The translations under genes were made by a program, and so were the position numbers. 64,000 nt of DNA from Bigelowiella natans CCMP2755. Lineage: Eukaryota; Protista; Cercozoa. Within the stretch, counting starts at the first letter, position 1. The number at the start of each line of letters is the position of its first letter. Below are positions 55,722-64,000 of this stretch, in pieces. Location of the stretch: positions 1 through 64,000 of the forward strand of contig ADNK01002555.1 of NCBI GenBank assembly GCA_000320545.1. Direction: 5' to 3'. Under the pieces are notes generated by a model, which was not told where the DNA came from, did no database searches, and saw only the letters and a program-made list of their open reading frames with translations.

Positions 55722-56073
55722 AAGGGAAGAAACAATACACAAAGTGGATAATATAAAAGAAATATTGAATTGTTTATATTACCGCATGAGAACCGTATGA
55801 AAAGACAAGATTTGCTGCCGCACTCATTATACCTATATTTTCATATATACATCTCTACAAATAAAATGTCTTTTTTGTCGTTGCATAAAAATCTAATTTC
55901 AATTTCTTTTTTTCCACATCCTCTCTGTTTTTTGCTTGATTTGATCTTCATTAAATGCACTTTTACTTGTTGGAGTTTGATGATTGTAGCAGACATTGCA
56001 ATAGCTCCCAAAAGCGGATAGATAATACCTACAATGTAACATTCTAATGATATTAAATATAACGTATATGTGT

Positions 56074-56113
<40 letters not shown>

Positions 56114-56292
56114 TTTGTAAGCCCTTGTTATGTAATACATTGCATTTATGCAACGCATGTAATCTAAATTTGATATACAAAGATAGTACGTCATTATGGA
56201 GAGCCTCCAAGCTGTAAGCACCAAAGTTATTGCAGTAGCCGCTTTCATGAGAAAATCACCACTAAAGCCTGGGAGAGAATATAACGATGCAG

Positions 56293-56329
<37 letters not shown>

Positions 56330-57721
56330 TTGTGTGTATGTGTTTAACTTGTGTACTATTATAGGAGCATTATCATTAACGCTTCGTCGAAATTCTGTGC
56401 TTTTGGGTGTGTGCACCATTAGTGCATATATTATTGCAATATTAATATGATACTACGCAATAGGACGCAGGTAGAGGGAGGTTAAAGGGGATGGGTTGAT
56501 GGGGGAGGGTTGGCAAATATTGGCACTTGGGATTTGAAGGAAAATAGCATATGGAATGATGTTTATGATTATCCATTGCCTGAATAGAAATGACATCAAT
56601 TATCAAATATTACAAAATACGAAATAGTAGAAATAAATATTTTTTGCTTACATGTATTATTTACATTTGACTGTGCTGCTATTTTTGCTATTATCATTCA
56701 AGAATATAATCTATTGATTTCTATTCTTTTTCAATCAACCATTGACAGAGAGAGGAATTTGGAAAAGCTTGTTGCCAAAGCGATCCTGAACCTTGTACCT
56801 AATTATCATTATTTTGAGGCATGCACAACACAACAGCCATTTAGATAGTATCGTAGAAAGGAGAAAACCAAACTAGTATAGAAAAAGAGAATGAGAGAGT
56901 GAGCATGAGAGGTAAAAAAGTTAGGGGAGGCTAAAAACACATAAAATAATAAATCGCAGATATGTATATAATATAATATGGCATTTACTCGTACTATAAA
57001 TATGTATATGATACAATAATATGGCATTTACTTGTACTATCCCTGTCAGCATGAATGATACGGTTTGGAGAATTTGCATCAGGATGTATCCGTTTGATCC
57101 AAATGCTTCTTCTGCAACCTGACGAAGGGAGTGAATGCAACTAATTATCTATTTTTTAAGATGTAAATTAATTGAATTTATATTTGCATGTGTGTGTTCG
57201 TAAATATGAGATATGTCCCATAAGACGAATAATACCAAAGGCCATGTATGTAGCTTCTTTCTTACACAAATATCAACCTAAACAAACAGAATATTTATCA
57301 AAAATGATGATTCTATCTTTCTCTCTCTCTCTCTCCCTCTCATCTACACAAAAACAAAAACACACTAAACATGAATATCTCATAAACATCCTGTATATTC
57401 CATTCTAATGCCTAAGATTTTATTTTACATATTAAATAAAACGTAGTTAATGTTTAAGATTCACAATTTCCATTTTAAGTAACGTGTGAATGAATTCTCT
57501 CGGTATGTGAGTGTGCGATTTGTTATTATTGTACTAGCAGATGGCCACTAATCCAGCTTCCAATGGATAACGTGGCGAGAGCTGGATTTCCAATATACAA
57601 AGCAAATGAAACACATCCTTTAGAAATTTTTAGTCCACATAACAAGTGATGCAAATGATGTATGAAGTTTGTCAAAGAGGACGTACAAGTATTTATGATC
57701 AGTGTACGAACATTTTATCAC

Positions 57722-57761
<40 letters not shown>

Positions 57762-58015
57762 AAAGCTATATGTGAAACGCCATCTAAAGTGTATGTTCAC
57801 AGTTTTCATCTGTACTGTTGTGTATTGATCAATGTGTGCAGAAAGCTGATATTACTACTGCTTCAACTACTACCTATAGGACCATATGCCAAACCCATTA
57901 TTACAACTGCTTCTACTACTACTACTACCTATAGGACCATATGTCCAACCCATTTGTCCCATGGCGTAGGGTACTTGTGTTGCCTGAGATATGTAATAAA
58001 TAAACGTATACATAT

Positions 58016-58062
<47 letters not shown>

Positions 58063-58801
58063 CACACTCACACACACACACACACACACACACACATGCA
58101 CACACATACACACACATACACACATACACATGCACGCACGCACGCATACATGCACATACACACGCACACAATGTGAGCGACAATACTCTTGATACGCACA
58201 CAATGTGAGCAACAATACTCTTGATACGCACACAATGTGAGCAACAATACTCTTGATACGCAAATAATGTGAGCAACAATACTCTGGATACGTAGTATAA
58301 AGAAAGGCAATTGGTAGAAATTAATCTCGTGTTTGGTTTTCTGTTGGACTTGAAAATGATATGCACGTTGTTTATATCAATATTCCCCATTGTGCCAAAT
58401 AAATTATCATATGTTAGGATAAATCCTCGCATACCCCAAACATGTAAAAGAAGACCTGAAAACACAAAAAATTATTCCAACATTAACAAACCATCCAATA
58501 GCAAAGTTCTCTCAGCTAAGTCTGCTCAGTAGAATGATGATTCAAATGACATAGTAGAAGTCACACAGAACACTCACAAGCCAGAAATGAGCTCACTCAC
58601 ATTGAAAGCAGCTTGAGAGGCTGTGCACTTCTGCAGGGTGGAATGATCTATCCTTACACCATCTTTCTCCATTCCTTGTTTTTCCTCCTACATGATGGAT
58701 CAATGATGATGACACATGTAAAACATAACAAAGAATGCAATAGGCGTCGCTATCAAATGCTCCTTTCTTTCCTTGTTACTTACATCCATGGATCCTGGCA
58801 T
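51717..58801 (-). CDS. AAAP (Aa_trans) family amino-acid transporter, multi-exon
   Basis: Spliced exons give AAFNVFFYMFGATQVPYAMGQMGWTYGP, SWISGHLL, VAEEAFG, CQWQWII...LQIPSF, NLVFSYGSHAVMPEEVREM, GFWAFG, SLVGAISVTALTFYLP, last TM GYILGATLGIFLCGAGVYFTIKNI. Stop TGA 51717-51719; start ATG 58801 tentative. Confidence 0.88.
58166..58293. repeat. 32-bp minisatellite x4 in an AAAP intron
   Basis: Unit acacaatgtgagcaacaatactcttgatacgc at 58166, 58198, 58230 and 58262 (last copy diverged). Confidence 0.92.
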
Positions 58802-59217
58802 TGAATCAGATAATACTATTCCCTCCTGTGGGCAAACAGAGGTTGGGATGTGAGCCGAGCCTCGGAGAGACAAGGCACCGACCAAGATTTATTAAGCCAC
58901 AAATCCTAAAAATATCTGAACTAAATTTTTACGAATCCCAATGATTTTGTGTTTGCGACAACCTCTTCATTCAAATTAATCTAGTAATTTTATTTAATAT
59001 CTGAAAATCATTTCGCATCATTGTTCTCATTCTCTTTCACAACCACTGTGCTGGCGTTGAACCCCCGCACCCCAAGAAGCACACAACCATGACAAAGAGA
59101 ATGCAGAAGATACTCCTTAGATGACCCTTCATTTAAGAAACCAAACCGGCACAAGCTTGCATGTTTGAGATCTAGGACTACTCGGCCAAAATGGAACCAA
59201 AAAATTGTGGCCGAGCA

Positions 59218-59543
59218 TGTAGCGCGTACCACTACGCGGGCACAAGTCACGTGCGACAACAAAGGGGTTGTCGCGGATATAGAATATAGATAACGTAGAT
59301 ATTAATACAGCATAGGCACGTGGGTTCCGGCGGGACTCATGGCAGCACACCGGAAGTGTGCTGCCCCACGTGCGGCGGCATTCGCGAAAGCTTCGCGAAT
59401 GATTACGCAGTGCACGATTTAATAAAAATATAATCTTTAATAAAAATAAACACAACTCTTCAAAAGGAAGCAAACGTGCCTTTCCCCCCCCCTGCCTACT
59501 TGTGCACGTAGCGCCTCGGCCTGTGAACACCTTACGCGCAACA
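59218..59543 (+). repeat. 5' LTR (326 bp, predicted)
   Basis: Begins TGTAGCGCGTA and ends TACGCGCAACA (10/11 terminal inverted repeat, TG...CA). TATA-like tract at ~59278-59308 and AATAAA motifs at ~59421-59449. The second LTR is not in the window, so the boundaries are unconfirmed. Confidence 0.75.
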
Positions 59544-59548
59544 ACCTT

Positions 59549-59566
59549 TGGCTTCCACACACGGGA
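59549..59566 (+). promoter_or_regulatory. Putative primer-binding site (tRNA-Glu/Asp-like 3' end complement)
   Basis: TGGCTTCCACACACGGGA lies 5 nt after the LTR end; its reverse complement ...CCCGTGTGTGGAAG-CCA resembles a tRNA 3' end. tRNA identity is inferred. Confidence 0.55.
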
Positions 59567-59582
59567 AACGATTTGACTAACA

Positions 59583-62500
59583 ATGTCACAGCAGCTAGAA
59601 GAACAGCAGGACTTTGGCTCGCAGGCCGTGCAAGGGCACGAGCAGAAACAGGAAAGGAAGGGCGATACGGACGCTAAGGAAGGAGGAGGAACACCTCCAC
59701 AGGCACCGCCGGGACCAGCACCCGGGATTAAGAAAGCAGATGCAGCAGCAGAGGCACTGGAGAACTTCTACGAGGCGGACGACGAGGACGTGGCCGCCGA
59801 AAGCAAGAAGGTCGTAATGGCATTACGAGCCTTGCGACCCAGGGCGAGCAACTACGCCAAACTGAAAGTATCGATAGAATACAAGTATCAGACACATGAT
59901 GTTTGGGCAGCTATCATGCAGGACATCATGGATTACGAAGCAGACTTACCTCCAGAGTGGGCAGCTTTGTTTAGGAACGACGGGGGTCTGGGCGCCTCGC
60001 GGGGGACGACCCAGAGCACCGTCAAGCAGCAGCAGCCGGTACAGCGGAACACCCAGTTCATGTCTGTTAAAACAGCACCGGTTATGATAACGAAATACAA
60101 CGGGAAAAGAGGTGAGGCAAGGAGGTGGTGGAAGAACGCTAGGAGTATACTCTGCGACTTTACCCCTAACCCCACCGAAAACGACAAGCTCAAATGGCTA
60201 GCTATAATAAAGCAAGCCATGGACCTTTACGAGACGGGCAGGACCCGGATCAGGCAGCTAGAGAAAATACACACTACAGTTAGTGGGCTACGAGACGTTG
60301 AGGCGATAATGAAGGCTTTTGTAAATGAACAGGATGCTAACTCCCTACCCCAGGCTATTAGAAAATACAGAGCAATGATGCAGCATGAGAGAGAACCTGT
60401 TAGAGACTTTGCCACGCGCTTCCAGGATATGATCGACGAACTACATGATTTTAATTACAACACAGGTGATGATCAGGCAAGGTTTGAAGAGTTCAAGTTA
60501 AAGATAAAGGAATCCACTTACGTTACGGAGAAAGGCTACACCACGATGGAGGCAGCAGTGCAGGCTATATCCCTACGCGAGCAGGAGCAGGACCGCAAGT
60601 TTACCAGCCCTAAGGTACCTGGCATAGGAAACATTAACGCTATTAAGCCGCAGCGAGACTGGTACAAGGACAGGGAAGGTAACCGACGTTGCGGATACTG
60701 CTCACGTAAAGGGAAACACACCGCTAAAGACTGCAGAGACAGGAAAGAAGGACGACCCAGGATGACGATCAGGCAGCTCAACGAACACTACGAGAAGTTA
60801 AAGAGAAAGAAAGGCAGAGGACAAGGATATAACAACAGCAAATGGCAAGGCAGCAACAACGGGAAGAACAATAAATATAAGAACAAAAAGCAGAACAGTA
60901 TCAATGCTATACAGCAGCAGATAAACGGAATATTAGATCACCTTAAGCAGGCGCCGACGAAGACAGCAGTACCAGCAACGCAGGACCAAGACAAGCCCAT
61001 GACCCTAGACGACATAAAGAACTTAGGAGTATGCAACATTAATGACGAAGACGCTAACAGGACTATCAAAGTTGCTATGACCAAGGTTAAAGTTAAAGAC
61101 AGCTACGGAGACTACAAGAAACTACCTGCCCTTTGGGATAGTGGCAGCATGCCGAAGTCCTTCATAAGCCTAAGCACAGTAAGAAGGTTAGGACTATTGG
61201 ATCAAGTGACTAAGAAAGAACGTAAATATGCTCAAGCAGACGGAAGCTCTTCCATGAAGACCGTCGGTGAGCTAATGCTAAAGCTACAGATACCTGGCAG
61301 CGACGCGGAGACCCAAATCAAGACCCGAGTAGCCATGACTTTATCCATGGAACTACTCCTCGGACAGGATGCCCTAGAAAAATTAGGGGGGATCATATCA
61401 TTCTACAATCACAAGATATACTTTGCTAAGTTGCCAAAGAAGTCAGGCAGGACCATCAGCCAGAACATGATACGGCTTGACGAGTGGACCTCTGAGTCAA
61501 GCGTTAATGCGTTAGAGTTTATGGACCTAGCGGACAACAAGCTACCTACACCTACCGAGCTACGGAAGAAGAACCCCGGCAAGACCATCCGACAGATAAC
61601 GGAGCTACTGGACAAGACCCCCCCAGCTGATGATTGGGATATCGACAAAGGCAAAAAGTACATTAATAAAATATTAAACGAGAAGTACTCTGACATCACC
61701 AAGCCGACGACGAAGCCCTCCAGCAAGCTTACCCCAGTAAAGATCGAGCTAAAGAAGGGATACGAAGAGTGCATCATCAATGACCCAGAACATAGGCGAC
61801 CGGAAGCGGACTGGGAAAAGATAGAGTGGCAGATCAATGAATGGGCAAAGGAAGGGAAGATAGAGCCAAGCAACTCACCATGGAACGTGAGACATGTGCT
61901 AGCTAAGAAACCTACTTACCCTTTCTTCCGCCTGGCGCACAACTTCATCCGCCACAACCGAGTAATAAAGAGGATCCAGACACCTACACCAAGGATAGAT
62001 GACGTTATTGAACACGTCATAGGATACAAATACTACTCTTCCCTAGATAAAAATGAATCATACATGCAGACACCCATCCACAAAACCTCCCGCCCCATTA
62101 CCGCGTTCTCCAGCAGGCACAGGAAGTGGCACTTCGTCGTATTCCCTTACGGCCTAAGCATATCAGGGGATGCGTTCAGTAGTCAGAACTACAGGGCATA
62201 CACACATGATGGGATGGCGTCTGTGTTGTGGGTGTTTGTGTTTGTGTATGTGGATGATGACATAATATGTACCAACACAGTCGTCGCTCAGATCTTCCTC
62301 CTGGAAAATATATTTATTAGGTTTGCACACTTCGGTTTTACTATTAGACTGCAGAAGTGTACATTCCTAGCTACAAGAATCAAGTGGTGTGGATATTACC
62401 TGGAGCAAGGCCGCATCACCCCAAACCCCGAGAAAGTAGCAGCACTACAGCAAGCCCCTAAACCTAAGAATGCAAAGGAGTTAAAGTCATTCTTGCAGAC

Positions 62501-64000
62501 TGCAGCTTGGATACTACGTAGGTTCTCCCCTACCTACGCTAGGACTGCAGCTGCTTTTACTACTGCTTACCGGAAGGAGAACTCTGTAGGCCTCAGCTTC
62601 GCTAAGGTGTGGGCCAAGGCTGGCCTTGATGCCCACTTCGATAACCTAATAAAGTTATGCAGCAACACCCTATTGAATGCTAAGCTAGACACTACTAGAC
62701 CAGCTACCCTATGGACAGACTGGTCTAAGCTAGGTATGGCTGCTGTACTTACCCAAGACCAGCAGATCATACGGGTGTGGGGCAGGGCCTGCACAGCAGC
62801 TGAGGCCAAGTACAGCCCTACAAAAGGAGAGTATAAAGCCATGACTGAGGCGCAGAGGAAACTAAGATACTACCTGCTGTCGGTGCCCAGCTTCACCTTA
62901 ATGACTGACCACAAGCCCCTCCTAGGCATCGACCGCAAGCTCGAAGCGCCTAACGATGAGTATGCAGCTATGAGGGCGGACACGGAAGAGTTTAGGGACA
63001 AGAGGACAGTGGTCTACGCACCAGGAGACAAGCAGCTTGCTGACTATTTCAGCAGGCTGTTCGAAAAGAAAGTCCCTACCCAGGTCACCCCTATGGTTAA
63101 CGCGATTACCTTCGAGGACGGCGACTTCCTGCCTGAGCCAGAGGAGCTCCAGCACCTTCAAGAACACCTGGATAAATACAAACACAAGCATGAGGTACTT
63201 AGTGATAGGATATATGTATACACTAATAATGTTAGGCGTACCTACGTGCCACGGCGGACCAGGGGAGCCCTTCTCTTTACCGCCCATGGACCTGCACACG
63301 TAGGAGAAAACCATATCACTGCTCTACTCTACCATTACTACTGGCCCTACAAGCTAAAAGAGATAAGGACATACCTGCGTGGCTGCAGGTGCTCCAGCTT
63401 GAAGGCGGCAGGCGTCGCCACCAAGGAGTCCAGCAAGAGCCGTGCATCTAAGAAAATCAAAGCAAGGAACTTCTTAGATATCGTGCAAATTGATGTTTAT
63501 AAGTACGATGGCTATCACTACCTTACCTTCGTTGATGTGGCCACTGGAAAGTGCTGGGTTAAAAAGATTATCAAGGTCAACGTTGCTAAGAAGAACAAAG
63601 GCTTATATAAGCAGAGGCTTACTAACTGCTACCGTACCTGGGAGTCTGAGCTCCAGGCTATCCCTGATGAAGTTAGCATAAACAAGATACCAAAGAAGTT
63701 ACATGTGGATAATGAGACCTCTCTTCTACAGCTACCACACCCTAATATTGATGCCTCACCTGTATACTATGCCCAGTCCAACTCCAAGGTAGAGCGACTC
63801 CACCGCACCTTGGCCAACCTAAGCAGGATAAATAGCACCACACCAGACAAGATACAAGGGTTAGTAAACGACACCTTCACGTCTGGGGGAGGTATCAAGG
63901 ATAAGGAGAGGGAAGAAGGCGACGACAACGACGACGATACCGAGAGCGAAGACGAGAAGGTCCCGTACGATGGCCGAGTTCTAAAGGAAGGACAGTATGT
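59583..64000 (+). CDS. Gag-Pol polyprotein, one uninterrupted frame of >1470 aa open to the window end (absent from the ORF track because it has no stop)
   Basis: ATG 59583. Zn knuckle CGYCSRKGKHTAKDC (60690-60734); protease ALWDSGS; RT SLDKNESYMQ, TAF, PYGL, YVDD (62247-62258); RNase H TDWS, TDHKPL, ADYFSR; integrase HGPAH...CRC, QID, HVDN, QSNSKVER. All motifs are in the same frame. Confidence 0.95.
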   Translation, partial: MSQQLEEQQDFGSQAVQGHEQKQERKGDTDAKEGGGTPPQAPPGPAPGIKKADAAAEALENFYEADDEDVAAESKKVVMALRALRPRASNYAKLKVSIEYKYQTHDVWAAIMQDIMDYEADLPPEWAALFRNDGGLGASRGTTQSTVKQQQPVQRNTQFMSVKTAPVMITKYNGKRGEARRWWKNARSILCDFTPNPTENDKLKWLAIIKQAMDLYETGRTRIRQLEKIHTTVSGLRDVEAIMKAFVNEQDANSLPQAIRKYRAMMQHEREPVRDFATRFQDMIDELHDFNYNTGDDQARFEEFKLKIKESTYVTEKGYTTMEAAVQAISLREQEQDRKFTSPKVPGIGNINAIKPQRDWYKDREGNRRCGYCSRKGKHTAKDCRDRKEGRPRMTIRQLNEHYEKLKRKKGRGQGYNNSKWQGSNNGKNNKYKNKKQNSINAIQQQINGILDHLKQAPTKTAVPATQDQDKPMTLDDIKNLGVCNINDEDANRTIKVAMTKVKVKDSYGDYKKLPALWDSGSMPKSFISLSTVRRLGLLDQVTKKERKYAQADGSSSMKTVGELMLKLQIPGSDAETQIKTRVAMTLSMELLLGQDALEKLGGIISFYNHKIYFAKLPKKSGRTISQNMIRLDEWTSESSVNALEFMDLADNKLPTPTELRKKNPGKTIRQITELLDKTPPADDWDIDKGKKYINKILNEKYSDITKPTTKPSSKLTPVKIELKKGYEECIINDPEHRRPEADWEKIEWQINEWAKEGKIEPSNSPWNVRHVLAKKPTYPFFRLAHNFIRHNRVIKRIQTPTPRIDDVIEHVIGYKYYSSLDKNESYMQTPIHKTSRPITAFSSRHRKWHFVVFPYGLSISGDAFSSQNYRAYTHDGMASVLWVFVFVYVDDDIICTNTVVAQIFLLENIFIRFAHFGFTIRLQKCTFLATRIKWCGYYLEQGRITPNPEKVAALQQAPKPKNAKELKSFLQTAAWILRRFSPTYARTAAAFTTAYRKENSVGLSFAKVWAKAGLDAHFDNLIKLCSNTLLNAKLDTTRPATLWTDWSKLGMAAVLTQDQQIIRVWGRACTAAEAKYSPTKGEYKAMTEAQRKLRYYLLSVPSFTLMTDHKPLLGIDRKLEAPNDEYAAMRADTEEFRDKRTVVYAPGDKQLADYFSRLFEKKVPTQVTPMVNAITFEDGDFLPEPEELQHLQEHLDKYKHKHEVLSDRIYVYTNNVRRTYVPRRTRGALLFTAHGPAHVGENHITALLYHYYWPYKLKEIRTYLRGCRCSSLKAAGVATKESSKSRASKKIKARNFLDIVQIDVYKYDGYHYLTFVDVATGKCWVKKIIKVNVAKKNKGLYKQRLTNCYRTWESELQAIPDEVSINKIPKKLHVDNETSLLQLPHPNIDASPVYYAQSNSKVERLHRTLANLSRINSTTPDKIQGLVNDTFTSGGGIKDKEREEGDDNDDDTESEDEKVPYDGRVLKEGQY

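Larger units (their letters stand above)
59218..64000 (+). mobile_element. Ty3/Gypsy LTR retrotransposon, apparently intact, 3' part beyond the window
   Basis: 5' LTR and PBS-like site followed by a single ORF in gag-PR-RT-RNaseH-IN order. Confidence 0.95.

Noticed and set aside
59314-59481. Tf1-like self-priming (aggcacgt / acgtgcct) with the LTR ending at 59462
   Set aside because: Only 8 bp of pairing. A better boundary at 59543 has a 10/11 terminal inverted repeat followed by a TGG-starting PBS.
59614-63681. Short overlapping ORFs within the retrotransposon
   Set aside because: Alternative-frame and antisense shadows of the single gag-pol ORF; no motifs.

Overview
Intron-rich, microsatellite-rich eukaryotic nuclear DNA using the standard code. 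It is probably from an alga with a secondary plastid, possibly a chlorarachniophyte; this is inferred from a signal-peptide plus Arg-rich transit-like leader on a plant-type YLMG2 protein. Most supplied ORFs are artefacts, so genes were rebuilt by hand from GT-AG exons. They are: a terminal exon of an upstream + gene (stop 170); a PX-domain sorting nexin (-); a 14-exon YGGT/YLMG gene (+); a ~25 kb multi-exon gene (-) with a catalytically degenerate PIP-kinase domain and a PX domain; a Sulfotransfer_2-type sulfotransferase (-); VDAC porin (+); an ABCG half-transporter (+); an AAAP amino-acid transporter (-); and the 5' part of an intact Ty3/Gypsy LTR retrotransposon whose single gag-pol ORF runs off the window. 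The most striking unexplained pattern is a set of ~1-1.5 kb islands downstream of gene stop codons (four clear, one weak). In them TpA is scarce except in CTA/TAG context, TG/CA is abundant, and CTAG can be about 8-fold enriched. Introns and the main divergent promoter do not show it. This suggests a DNA-modification or mutation system targeted to transcription-termination zones. All counts are manual and approximate.
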